From contig NIVC01001628.1 in assembly GCA_002269645.1 (NCBI GenBank), positions 62,001 to 126,000 on the forward strand: a stretch of 64,000 bases of DNA, given 5' to 3'. The notes under the pieces were generated by a model. That model ran no database searches and was not told the DNA's origin. It saw only the letters and a list, made by a program, of their open reading frames with translations. A program made the position numbers and the translations under genes. Of this stretch, positions 46,501 to 60,163 are shown in pieces; position 1 is the stretch's first letter, and the number at the start of each line of letters is the position of its first letter. Source of the stretch: Macrostomum lignano (taxonomy: Eukaryota).

Positions 46501-47401
46501 TGGAGAATGCTAGTGTGGTTACAGGATATTTATTTTGTGCTTCAAAGTAGGAGTTTATTGCGATGCATGGTTGCTTTTAATTATTTTTATCAACAATAGT
46601 GCTCTATTTCATAACAATTTTTTACAAAAAGATAATAAGACATGTTTTTCTAATTATCTGCATCAAAATGTATCATTTTAAGCACGCATTCTAGACGTCA
46701 GCCGAAAAATACATTTTGTGAGACGCAAAGAGGCTATCCCACCGGAAATGCTAGGCGTACAGTTAAAGCGTCTATAAAATCATTTGTAGTGCAGTTTATT
46801 GAGCTTTAAAAAATTCTTAAATTAAATTTATATAAGCTTTCATTTTAAATGTAATATAGCAAGGTTTCAACACAACAACAACTTTTTTTAGCTACAGACA
46901 TCTTGTAGTATCAAAAATTAACATCGGTGAAATGATTGAATTTGAATTTTTTCATCGCTAATTATCGCTTAATACCGCCAGATGATTAAAAACACTTTTG
47001 TATGATAAAGTTCAACCCAAAAATTATCTTTATTGACAGATAAAAGTGTCCTATTATTTTTAATATCGCAGTAACAATAGTAAATGTTCGGAAAATTGTT
47101 AAAATTTTTGCTCCTCCTAGAATTTGCGAACGACCCATTCTCGTTTTCATTATTATTTATTTTATTTTATTAATATGACTTTTTTCACTCTATTTTATAT
47201 TTAAAAGTAAAAAACTAAATTTAATAAAAACTTAAAGCTTAACAGAAAACGCATTTTGAAATGTCTTCAGTTAAAGTCCAATTTGTTTTAATGTGTAGCG
47301 CTGCAGGGCCGGTGCGGGGCGTGTTTTAGGTAGACTCGGTATAATTATTGTTTAAAGAAAAATAGCTTGCGTGCAAATAAAGATATCGCGCTAAAAGCGT
47401 A
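40596..47401. mobile_element. Long-TIR (~500 bp) non-autonomous DNA transposon; right TIR split by a nested element
   Basis: The left arm 40596-41102 is the reverse complement of 47141-47401 (outer part) plus 43053-43289 (inner part). The termini are TACGCTTTTAGCG...CGCTAAAAGCGTA, with AAG on both flanks (or a TA duplication). Confidence 0.85.
43329..47136. mobile_element. Nested DNA transposon, ~3.8 kb, ~20-bp TIRs, 4-bp TSD (possibly Sola-like)
   Basis: GGGTCGTTCTCAAAGCTAGG (43329-43348) is an inverted match to CCTAGAATTTGCGAACGACCC (47116-47136). ATTC flanks both ends. No intact transposase ORF is visible. Confidence 0.75.
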
Positions 47402-47821
47402 AAGCTAGCAGCATTTAGTGACAATACTCCGCTTTGGGTTAAATCCACCTAGCTTTAGCATGCTTCACGCGTAGGCCTTGGTTGAATCAATCGATTGAAT
47501 CCAAATGATGTACATGCTAAGACGGGCAAAGACTGCACACTCAAAATACGTAGCCCATTTTTTACTTTCGATCTTCGCTTTGTTTATTTTAAAAGCTAAC
47601 TTAACTTTGTGTTCCCTTTATTCATTATACTTTGTACAGCAGTCGTGTGATTTGATAGCTCATTTGATAGCGATTGTGAATGAGCTTTTGAGTGGAACGC
47701 AGTTCATTGTGAATGTAATGTACATACGATACGATGTTGATTTTGAAATCCGAGTAAACATGCAAACTAAAACTTAACGCAATGGATGACAAAATGACAA
47801 TGGATCGCTCCCCCCTCATGT

Positions 47822-47895
47822 CGCCGAACTGACTGTCGCCGAATTGACTTGTCGCCGAATTGGCTGTCGCCGAGTCAACCTGTCGCCGAATTAAC
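47822..47895. repeat. Short ~15-bp tandem repeat (TGTCGCCGAA core, 5 copies) with inverted copies near 48027-48050
   Basis: TGTCGCCGAA(C/T)TG repeats, and TTCGGTGACA downstream; this may be a small MITE with subterminal repeats. Confidence 0.6.
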
Positions 47896-48980
47896 TGGTT
47901 CACCTTGGTGTCACGAATTAATTGGTCACGTCAGTTTCTAAGAAATGGCGCGATGACCTTGGAATCGAATTGTATTGTACTACAAAGCAAATCCACACAG
48001 AGAATTGGTGGGTACCAGTCGTTTCGGTGACAAGTTGCTTTGGTGATAGACACACTTCATTTTTTATGAAAAATTAAAGATTTCATGAGTTATACTGTAT
48101 AGTGTAGGCCCTCTATATCTCTATACTTAGCTGTAACAGGAATAGGTTTAGGCCCCTATACTATAAGAATATCACATCCATTGAATTAGTCTATTCACCT
48201 AATTTATCAAGGAAGGTTTTATACTATTTTCTTGTGGTATTCAATCTTGTTCTTAGCAATTTATAAAATCAACATGTTTATTTTATTATATTCCAAGGGC
48301 AAGCCGCAAGGGGTTAAAAGAAACATGTTGATTTGCATTTGCATTAATATTTAGTTTTAAAATTTAAATAGGCTTGATTATTTTGACTTTCAACAATATT
48401 AGTTTAGTTTTATTAGGTTATATAACATATTGCAAAAAGTATAGGCCCAACATCTAGTATAGGGCCTAGGCCTAGCTATACTAGAAAACACCGACTTAAA
48501 AGATAAGACTGGCAACTAAAATAGAGAGACATCAAGCAAAGAGTTAAAAATAGAAAAGAATAGATAGATAAGAAAAGAAAAGAGAAGAGAGATATAAATA
48601 GAGAGTTAATCAACTAGGCAATAAGGGAGAAAGAGGAATAACAAGATTTAACTAGACAAAAAAGAGAAATAGTAGGGGTCGGATGTGATCACAGTCGTGA
48701 TCACAATTTCGTGAATTCACGACCATTTTTTCACGATCGTTATTTCTTTGCAACCCATTCACAACAGTCGTGAATTTCTGCTTTGGGCCTTTTCATATTA
48801 CCAATTCCAGAATCAGAATCAGTTCGGAATTCCAAGAAAAACAGTAGTATAACTATTAAACTCTGTTAATATTTGACTGCCTTAACAACCTAACTTAGCA
48901 CAATTTTTCACTTTCTTCTTAGCAATTGTCATTCAATAATAAAAACTTTATAGCATGTATCTCCCTCTAGTTCCTAGTGA

Positions 48981-49129
48981 GCTCCGCGAAACCCACAAAC
49001 CCAAGGACACGCGCGAAGCGCGTGTCCTTGGGTTTGTGGGGTGAGCGGAGCGAACGCGCGAGGCACAAAGTGCCGAGCATGAGGAACAAACAGCCAGCCA
49101 ATGCGCGAAGCGCATTGGGTGGTCTGGCT
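48981..49129. other. Cluster of three triloop hairpins
   Basis: A perfect 23-bp stem (48992-49014 with 49018-49040) with a GAA loop, GGCAC-AAA-GTGCC (49062-49074), and CCAATGCGC-GAA-GCGCATTGG (49098-49118). Confidence 0.9.
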
Positions 49130-51315
49130 TGTGACGAATATAATAATATGAGACGTGTGCATCGAAAAAATGACAAGAAAAATCTCACAAAAACTGCTGT
49201 AACTTCAAAACTACAAGTGGGAATTTCACAAGTGAGGTGTCATTTTAAAGAGAAGAATCTGATCTATTTAACGAGTATAGTTTTGTATGGATTCACTGCG
49301 GAGAAAAGGAACATGCTTCAGTTGAAATGTTTGTCTTAAGATTATGTCTTTACAAAAGTGCATTTCCTCATGCACATTAAAACTCGAGCTAAAAATGTTC
49401 GAGGGTTATAGGTGCGCCTTACTAAGATGCATAACATTATTGGGTTGTTTTTTTCAATTGTATCAAAAAGTTGGCACTTTGGTTGCAAAAAATGCAAAAA
49501 TTGAAAATGTACTTTTACAGTTTTTTGCATTTTTTTCTATACTGCTAATAGTTAAGCATACATACTATGCACCAATTGATGCGCAATTCAAAGATACACA
49601 AGTGTGGAAGTTTTCAATTCTTAAACATTTGAAATCAGAAAGTTATCGACGAAAGACTAAAAATCATGATCTCAAACTGATTTGAGGAAAAGTGCTCATT
49701 ATAATTTTTGGAATATGGAAGAAACAATTCAACGCCGTCATCTAATTCCAAACTAACTGTACTTTAAGGTACTGCGATGATTTTTTTATTGAAAGAGCGA
49801 AACCTGTTTAAATATTTGAAAAAATGGAAAAAAAGTACCTTTTTTCATAGAAATACTCTCTTTTGACTGCTTAATCCGATTTCCAACAACAAAATAGTTG
49901 CTTTCCTGCTGGTGCAAACCGTTATTAGGGTGAATTTTCAAAATTGCATACTGTGCCAAAAGTAAACTGAAGCTTAATATTTATAAACATTAGAAACGGG
50001 ACCACTAATGGGTATTTTACTTTGGTTACTTACTATGGACTAAACTGGCACTGGCAGAGACAGATTTGAGAGAAACTAATTGCTCCATTGTATTTGTATT
50101 TGGCTCCAGCGTTACAAATTACAATAGCTATTTCGGGGTCTAACCGGCTAAGTTATCAAAAAAGCTAGATACCAATCACCAGTTTCATCATCAGCTATAC
50201 CTACCACGATTTTATAGTCACATGCAACAGTAATACCCTCCTTTAAAAGTTTTCAATATCTAAAATGATGTGTTAAATTTTATAAAATTTCATAAACAGT
50301 GAAATTTTAGCTGTTTACGTGCTGGTGGTTTGAACATAGCTACTTTGTGCGAAAATACACTGTCATTAATACCGTACCTATTATTGTATTTATTGTATTG
50401 AAAGTTGATGTGTAAATTGTACTTTTCTATTTTTTTGTCATTCGTTATCGCACTCGGGCCGGCCTGCCTGCCTTGTGGGGTGTGGTGGCCTTGGCCACTT
50501 TCTCCCCCTTCTGCTAGGATCCAAAGCAAGCTTTCAAGTGTACATTTAATATTATCGATCGATTATTTAAAACAAGCCTCTAGTGGCTGGTGTTGAGAGT
50601 GAGTGGCCTTGAGTGTACGCGAAAGCAAGAGGAAGCCCATGGGCGGACTATATGAACCTTCCTTTAGTGGAAAGTTGGGCCTTGTGCATTGGATAGTGTA
50701 CGCTACACAAGACAGAAGGTAAAGAGAAAGAGAACGACAGGCTAGCCAATAGCGATAGCATGTGCTTCTTTCTCTCCAGTCCACTATGGTAGGGGGGGGG
50801 GGAGGGGGGTGTCAGACGGCCCAACTCTAACCCCCATACCCAAAACAGCGTACATGTAGAATAAGAAGGGATTGGGTCCTTAAGTCTTAAGGATTAAGTC
50901 TTCCCAAATGTACATGTATGTACAAAGACAAACACAGACAAGAAAAATGGCTCTAAAAACCATTGTTATTGTTACACTGTGTGTCTATTTTTATTAACTT
51001 GACTTTGACTTGTCTTTACTCTAGCATGGTCAAGGATAATTACTGTTACTTCATACCTAATTTACAATTAATTGCATAAGATTAAGAAGGAATAATACAA
51101 TCGAGGTCGAACCCATGATCACTTGACCCACCCACCCATGATCACTTCTGATTCTGACCTACATGTATCTACTATATCCTGCCAGTTTCTCCAGTTTTAT
51201 GGGTCTTGGTGTCGGTGATTCGAGCAATTCCATTACATTTTATCGGTGCAGTGCGTCTATTAATGCTTAGCTACTTGTATATGTGTTGCAGAACTTATGC
51301 TCGTAGTTTCCCTTC

Positions 51316-52094
51316 TAGGGATGTTGACCCCGGGAGTGCTCCCCGGGGAGCTTGTCGGGGAATACTCTCCGGGGAATTTAACCGGGGACCCTGGGGAGAA
51401 AAAATATGAAAAAATGCATTTGTAACTTAATTTTTGCCATTAAAATAAGAAACTGATTCACAGAAAGCTGATTGAAACTCTGTCTATGCTCTTTTACCGC
51501 ATAATTGCTTATTTCAATGCATTACATGTATTTGAAACACAACACACGTTTGATTGTTTTTTCACTAATAAGTCATTCAATCAAGCAAATTGCACGTAGA
51601 AAAGAAACCCGTCAGGAAAAAGAAGCCTTACTGACTAGTGACTGCTGTGTTGGTCTGCGTTGACGGCTTGACGCAGGCGCAGCGCTGCGTCATGCGTCAG
51701 GCACTGACGCATAGGGGGGTGTCATACATATACTCCCTATTAGACAAGGACAAAATGGTGATTTACATATATATGCAAGAAATAAAATTCCGATTATAAA
51801 AACAGTCTCATTCATTAATTATCCTCTCACGAGCGTAGCTGTTTAGCATGCATTCCAACAAATGCACTTTTCCGATAAAGGTGCGCGCACGATTTCGTGA
51901 TGCCACATTGTCAAATACAGTTTAAAAAAACATTGTTTAAAATTTTTACCCCTGCGCCTTGAACATGTAGTACAAAGCTTAAATCAAAGTTTAAAAAATT
52001 CCACTTACAATCTAAGTGATCCGCCGTTTTTACTTATTTTTTCTTTTCACCGGGGTCCCCGATAAGATAATTCCCTGGGGAATCGACATCCCTA
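51316..52094. mobile_element. MITE-like element, ~780 bp, degenerate TIRs starting TAGGGATGT
   Basis: TAGGGATGTTGA...CGGGGACCCTGG is mirrored by CCGGGGTCCCCG...TCGACATCCCTA. The flanks are TTTCCCTTC and ATTCCCTTC (8/9 match). Confidence 0.65.
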
Positions 52095-52808
52095 ATTCCC
52101 TTCCTATAAATCATTTGACGTTAGAGACATTTTACAACTCTCGCCCTACTTTATCTATTAGGCTAACTTTATGTATGACACGACGCAAAATATTAGGAGC
52201 ATCAGCGTTAATAATGCCTTGAAAGTCTTTAAATAATCGATACAACACTAGGTATTATAAAATTCCAACCCCAAAGCTCACTGGGGCGAAAAGACTTTGT
52301 CTTCATTAACTAGTTATGGAGACAAAAAGTTATACTTCACAAATTGGTTCTGGTTCTGGAACCAGAGCAAGCAATATGAAAAGGCCCTTTATTATATTTT
52401 TATTATAAGTATAACTTTTCTACTTGGTTTACCAAAATATGTGAACACAAATGTGTAAAAGAATAATAAATTTTAAATTTGTTGACTTGACAGCATTACC
52501 AAGTAGCTATTATCAATTTATAAATATTTATTTTCTTGTTTTGTTATTTTCAACACTTGTAACTTATGAGCTCAAAATACATGTATGCAAATATAAATTC
52601 ACGATCACACCCGACTTTGAAAATTTCACAAAATTTCACGCCTAACCAAAATTTTCTGCTTGTCCAACCTCTAAACAATAGTAAATAGAGACAAGTGAAG
52701 GTAAATAGAAGAAAGTTGCAACGATAATAAAAGTGTTTTATCTAAGTCTAGGTACTCTTTAAAGCCATTATTATAGGCAGGTATAATTCCATTTCAATGT
52801 ATATTAGT

Positions 52809-53500
52809 TCCTATATCTCTAACTATAAAAATCAAAACTCTGTCTGTGTGTCTGTCTGTCTGTCTGTCTGTGTGTCTGTGGACAATTTTGATCGCTATGG
52901 ACTCCCAAACCACTCAACCAAATTACACCAAACTTTACACCCACCCTAAACTCACTACGGAGAATGTCTTAGGCTACCTTTTAATTTCCTAGACTCAAGT
53001 CTTCCTACCTAAAAGTACAAAAAACTGCTCAAAATGCGCGATTTTTTCACTTAATCCTCCATAGCGCCGCTCCACTTCTACCGATTCTCTTCAAATTTGA
53101 CACAGGCAATTTTCAACTATTTTGACACAATCGTGTAAAATTTCGAGTCTCAAAGTTAATCCTGAGCGGTGCTGTGCACTTTTAAAGTTAGGCTGTTTTT
53201 TTCAGCGTAGCAACCACCCCAACCTCCGCCCGCCTGCCTCTCTTTCCCGATCTGGGCCCAGATGTGTAAAAGGGTTTCAAAATTGACTAACTTTCAGCTG
53301 CCATAAGTTTGCTCCACGTAAAGCGATTGACTTCAAACTTGACACAATTCTTCATTGACCCATTCTCTATCTAAATGTAAAGTTTCAACTCTGTAACTCA
53401 ACCAAAAAAGAAACTGTAAGCATGTGAAGTTTGTCTGCTTTTTCTGTTGTTTGTGCCACTCACTCACTCATTCCCCAGAGCCAGACGAAGGGTCAGGCGA
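52809..53500 (+). mobile_element. 5' part of a second Helitron/Helentron-like non-autonomous element
   Basis: It begins TCCTATATCTCTAACTATAAAAATC, followed by a (TCTG)n microsatellite and ACTCAACCAAATT...CAAACTT, the same architecture as the 5' end of the 32866-36625 element. The 3' end is not clearly identifiable, so the end coordinate is a guess. Confidence 0.5.
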
Positions 53501-54049
53501 TAGGACTGAATGTACATGTACATAGCAAATGTACAGTGTTTTGGAATAACTTTTTAATAGCCTTCTCTGTACCCCGCGCGTGGAGAGGCTACGTTTAGCC
53601 ATGACAGTTTAGTGAGAAATTCTAACCACTGTCGTCTGTATTGGAAAACTCTGCAGCAGTTTAACAGTGGATGGCAAATCGAGGGAATCCAGCATGGTTT
53701 GTAAAAGCGAAAGATTTATGAAAAGGTGATGCGATGCAATGCAATACAACCCTACTAAATTAGTCACACCATGGAAATTTTAGGTTTCTTTTAAAGGTAC
53801 TTTAAAATTTAAATGGCCTCCTAAGAAATGCGCATTTCCTTTGTTGTTAGACTGATGCAGACTGCAGTGGAGCTAAAGATACACAAATTATTTTCAGGGC
53901 TTGCAAATTGGCAAGAAAGATGACGTGATCAAAGCATGAGAACAACCATGAGAGTACTACGTCCCACAAACTGGCTTTCCAAGCAGGGATGGGCAGACTT
54001 TTACCTCAAAGGCCAGATAAAGAATCCAGCTCATAGCTAAGGGGCAGAT

Positions 54050-55150
<1,101 letters not shown>

Positions 55151-55949
55151 TTTTAAAGGATCCAAGGGAAGTAGGGAGAGTCAGGGAGAGACCAGAGTTT
55201 AGCAATATATGTTTTAGAGTCAGACAGACATTGCCTGACATTCTGCGCAGTACCCCAGCCAACAATGTCTCAAACCTTAATTTTACACGAATGTGCTCCA
55301 TTTTATGTCTACCTCTATCCTACTAACTATTAACAAGTTTTTGTTTGTGTATGGCCTTAGATTTCAGAATACATGCAAAAGTAGTTCCGGGTATTGGAAT
55401 TCCCCGGGTTCAAAATCCGCGGGTTTCAACAGCTTGTACACATATATATATACACAATTATACACAAAAATATGACACTTTTTAATTTCAAAGCAATTAC
55501 AAATTTTAATAAGAACATTGGTATTATATTTTATATAGTCATTTTTATATAAAAACAAAATAATTGCATACTTGAGTATAATAATTGCTAAGTTAACAAT
55601 ATTTTCTATAATAACCAACTATTAGATACTATAATAACTATAATACTATAATATCAAGAAAAGTGGCAACACTTGCATTTGGCTTTCTACGAGTATATGC
55701 AGACCCACTAAATCAGTTATCTTCATTCTAGTTTACCAAATTTGGGCTACCTGAGACTTGAAATTATTTAGAAAGAAAAATCAATTTAGGACTTACTTAA
55801 GGAAAACTCCTAAAGTCAAATCTAGTATATGTGCATAGTGAGCAAGAGACCTCAGCTTGCTCAGACACTTCAGCCCTAAGCCAGACCAATTAGTTAATAA
55901 GTTAGGCTTTCCTCTTGCCTGCTTGTGTCTGACTTTGACCTCTCTCCTT

Positions 55950-56207
55950 ACTGCTCTCTCATTGGCTGAGCTAGATTAGGCCCTCCTAGGCTGAGTTTTG
56001 TCCATCTTAGACTTCTCTCCTATTGGCTGTGGCATTGCGCAGACAAACTACTGAAGGAATTGCAGTCACAAGTGAATAGAATGGCTTATATTTTGACTTT
56101 TGATTACTTAATTTTTGATAAAGTACTTCTTGGTTTTCAACGTTTGTGTCAATTCGGCACCCTCAAAATACTTAGATGATTAGGTACCCATTGATTTGCC
56201 TTGTCAG
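55950..56207 (+). promoter_or_regulatory. Putative promoter and 5' region of the ZDHHC gene
   Basis: Two reverse CCAAT boxes (ATTGGCTG, near 55959 and 56023), and an acceptor TTGCCTTGTCAG ending 7 nt before the ATG. Confidence 0.35.
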
Positions 56208-56214
56208 CTGCTCG

Positions 56215-59200
56215 ATGCTGCAGTCAGCGGACAGACCGGCGGCCGACGGCAGCGCCACGGCGATTGTTCCGCTGCCCGATGAGCTGCCGCTTGAGCTGCA
56301 GAGTCAGTCGGGTGAGCCGCAGATCGTGGTCAAGATGGCCTCTGGCAGGTCCGGCGTCGCCCATCTGCAGCAGCCGCCGCGCACTGCCCGCCTGTGCTGG
56401 CAGCCCTGCAGCAGGCTGTGCGGCATCCAGCAGTTCTGGTTCGTTCAAGACGCCTGCGGCATAACCTGCGCCGCCTTCACCTGGCTGCTGCTGCTGTTCG
56501 CGGAGGCCGTACTGCTGTTCGTTGTGCTCATCCCCGCGCCATCTCTGGCCTTCAAGATTGTCGGCGCCATCGTGTACCACTGCCTGGCCTTCATGGCCGG
56601 CTGCTCGCATGTCCGAGCTGTGCTCACCGACCCTGTGAGACTCCTCATCCTTGCTGTAGTCTTCTGGCCATGAGTGTGAGATCTCAAAATCTACTCCAGT
56701 TTGAGTTTGAGATCTCACAGTCTACTCCAGTTTGAGTGTGATATCTCACAGTCTACTCCAGTTTGAGTGTGATATCTCACAGTCTACTCCAGTTTGAGTG
56801 TGATATCTCACAGTCTACTCCAGTTTGAGTGTGAGATCTCAAAATCTACTCCAGTTTGAGTGTGATATCTCACAGTCTACTTCACTTTGAGTGTGAGATC
56901 TCAAAATCTACTCCAGTTTGAGTGTGATATCTCACAGTCTACTCCAGTTTGAGTGTGATATCTCACAGTCTACTCCAGTTTGAGTGTGATATCTCACAGT
57001 CTACTCCAGTTTGAGTGTGAGATCTCACAATCTACTCCAGTTTGAGTGTGATATCTCACAATCTTCTCCAGTTTGAGTGTCAGATCTCACAATCTACTCC
57101 AGTTTGAGTGTGATATCTCACAATCTTCTCCAGTTTGAGTGTCAGATCTCACAATCTACTCCAGTTTGAGTGTGAGATCTCACGATCTTCTCCAGTTTGA
57201 GTGTCAGATCTCACAGTCTACTCCAGTTTGAGTGTGAGATATCAATTCCCTCCCAGCAACCGGAGCCCCGCCCTGCACCCAACCCGCATGCCCAGGGCAC
57301 GGTGCCCCTCAACAACGACACTAAAGAGAATCTGCTGCGTCTGGCACCGGCAGCGGGCGACGGCCAGCAGGAGCGGGTGGTGTACCGGTGCCCCCGCTGC
57401 AGCTGCATCAAGCCGGAGCGCGCCCACCACTGCAGCATCTGCCGGCGCTGCGTCCGCCGCATGGACCACCACTGCCCTTGGGTGAACAACTGCGTTGGCG
57501 AGGGCAATCAGAAATTCTTCATTCTATTCACCGTGAGTCAGCATGCAATATATCATCTCACGGATGTCTGGTAGCAGCTGGACAGGAAAATTAGCTCCCA
57601 CGTTACCTATTACAATAGTAGCTTCAGTCAAGGACTACGTAGATAACATATGGACTGAAAACTCGGTTTTCATCAAATTTTCGTTTCAATCAAGGACTCC
57701 TGTAGAGTGATATCGGGACTAGAGTAAATTAAAGCCACTTTTAGTATTTTGGATGAACCATAGACCTGGAAACTATCCATGGACTCTTGCATGTATCAGA
57801 CATCTGGACTGGAAGAAATTTTGTTGCTTTCAATTTTCCAGGGCTACATCGCGTTGACCAGCTTCTTTGCAATCTACCTGTGCATTCACGAGTTCATCAT
57901 TTGCATTGGCACCGAGTGGCAGGGTGAATAGATGCATATAGTGCTACTGACAGTAGCTCAGACACCCGACCTAATTAATGAGCTTTCCCATCCGCAGCCT
58001 GCCAGAACGGGCCGCAGCCCCCTGTGAGCACCCTGCTGCTGTTTGCTCTGGTCATCACCGGCCTCGTGTTCGGGCTGTTCACTGTGGTCATGGCCTGCTC
58101 ACAGCTCGTGTCCATTGTGTCCGACACTACGGTGAGGCGTTGGGGCTGGGAACCTGACCCCTTGAAACCGAGACAGTGACAAGAATCGCTAAACAGTCAT
58201 TGCAAACAGCTCTAGGGACTCTAGAAACTGTGGGGCGACTGTTGAGTCACCAGCGTCACGTGAGTTGCAGAATCGTAAAAGAGTGGCGAAAAAGTCTTCC
58301 AAGAATCCTTGTGTTGGCGCTCAACTGTCGTCGTCGTTTGAGTCGTCTAGAGTCACTTCTTTCATATTTTACCTGTGTTACCTGCAATGACTCTGAGACG
58401 CTTCTTGCCCTGGGTACCGTTTTCACCGGGTGAGGGTGGGGACACAGTGAGAACCGCTGTAGGACCAGCAGCTGCAGACAGTGAGGACCCGCTGTAGGAC
58501 CAGCAGCTGCAGACAGTGAGGAACCGCTGTAGGACCAGCAGCTGCAGACAGTGAAGAACCGCTGTAGGACCAGCAGCTGCAGACAGTGAGGAACCGCTGT
58601 AGGACCAGCAGCTGCAGACAGTGAGGAACCGCTGTAGGACCAGCAACTGCAGACAGTGAGGAACCGCTGTAGGACCAGCAGCTGCAGACAGTGAGGAACC
58701 GCTGTAGGACCAGCAGCTGCAGACAGTGAGGAACCGCTGTAGGACCAGCAGCTGCAGACACTGAGGACCCGCTGTAGGACCAGCAGTTGCAGACACTGAG
58801 GACCCGCTGTAGGACCAGCAGTTGCAGACAGTGAGGACCCGCTGTAGGACCAGCAACTGCAGACAGTGAGGACCCGCTGTAGGACCAGCAGTTGCAGACA
58901 GTGAGGACCCGCTGTAGGACCAGCAGTTGCAGACAGTGAGGACCCGCTGTAGGACCAGCAGTTGCAGACAGTGAGGACCCGCTGTAGGACCAGCAGCTGC
59001 AGACAGTGAGGACCCGCTGTAGGACCAGCAGTTGCAGACAGTGAGGACCCGCTGTAGGACCAGCAGCTGCAGACAGTGAGGACCCGCTGTAGGACCAGCA
59101 GTTGCAGACAGTGAGGACCCGCTGTAGGACCAGCAGTTGCAGACAGTGAGGACCCGCTGTAGGACCAGCAGTTGCAGACAGTGAGGACCCGCTGTAGGAC

Positions 59201-59619
59201 CAGCTGTTGCAGACAGTGAGGACCCGCTGTAGGACCAGCTGTTGCAGACAGTGAGGACCGCTGTAGGACCAGCAGCTGCAGACCCGCTGGATGACCAGCA
59301 GACACTCATCTCCGGCCCCATCAGCTTAGTTATATATTGTGCAGGGGGTTCTTCAGGAGTCCCAAACTAATGCGGAATCGAACCACCCACCACCGCACCG
59401 CAGGGCATCGAGCGGATCAAAGGCGAGCGCCGAGGCGACGCAGAGGCTGGCGGAGGCGGCGGGTCGCGGCTGTCGGGACTGCAGCGGGTGTTCGGCAGCC
59501 CGCCGTCCTGGCGCTGGTTGAGTCCCTTCCACTCGCCTAAGCCCCCAGCCGAGCAGCAGCAGCAGCAGCTGACCTCCCAGCCGGCCGCGGTGAACAGTTT
59601 TGACAATGACAATGTCTGA
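56215..59619 (+). CDS. ZDHHC3: DHHC palmitoyltransferase, ZDHHC3/7 (GODZ) type, 362 aa; exons 56215-56634, 57296-57532, 57842-57923, 57998-58131, 59404-59619
   Basis: Motifs [58 protein letters not shown] and DTTGIE (TTxE), with four TM helices. All introns are GT-AG with matching phases. Confidence 0.93.
56663..57243. repeat. Minisatellite, 31-bp unit, ~18 copies, with a palindromic core (ZDHHC intron 1)
   Basis: Tandem CTACTCCAGTTTGAGTGTGA(T/G)ATCTCACAGT. Confidence 0.96.
58440..59290. repeat. Minisatellite, 35-bp unit, ~24 copies (ZDHHC intron 4)
   Basis: Tandem GACAGTGAGGA(C/A)CCGCTGTAGGACCAGCAG(T/C)TGCA. Confidence 0.97.
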
Positions 59620-60163
59620 GCAGTCACAATATTTTGTTTGATGATCGATATTTTTGCCCCGCTGCCAAATCGATAGTTTATTATTCATAATAATAATACA
59701 TAATAAATAGTAATGTAGTTGTCTTGTTAAATTTGTGTATTTATTTGTGAACAGTTTTTCATATATGATATTGTTATTGCATGTATTAATCTCCTGTTCT
59801 CAGCGCCGTATTATATATTTATTATTTATTATTTACCTGTGTTCCTCGGACCAGAAAATCGTTAAAACAAAACGCAAAAATCGTGTCAATAAACAGAGAT
59901 TTACGCTTTCAAAATTTTGTCAATAACAATGAAAAATATTCAATTTTATAGCTTTTGAACTGGCTAGCAGATTAGATATTTACCCGACTGTAAAATTCGA
60001 GTTCCTTTATTTTTGGGAATCAGTTTGCAATGCATGAATTTGGGAATTAAAAATCAATTTAAATCAATTAAATCTGGCGTCTTAATTTACTGACTACTTG
60101 AATCGGCGCCCGGTCAGTAGTGCATATCGAGTATGTACATCTTTATTTATTATCTTGCCGCGC

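Noticed and set aside
694-48474. TAGGCCTA-type palindromes (694, ~2382, 48467)
   Set aside because: There are too few perfect copies to claim enrichment without a computed background.
48678-52615. 13-bp inverted match GTCGGATGTGATC / GATCACACCCGAC as TIRs of a 3.9-kb element
   Set aside because: The match is short and no target-site duplication is visible.
56663-57243. Bacterial CRP-like sites (TGTGA...TCACA)
   Set aside because: The spacer is 4 nt rather than 6, and the sequence is a eukaryotic intron.
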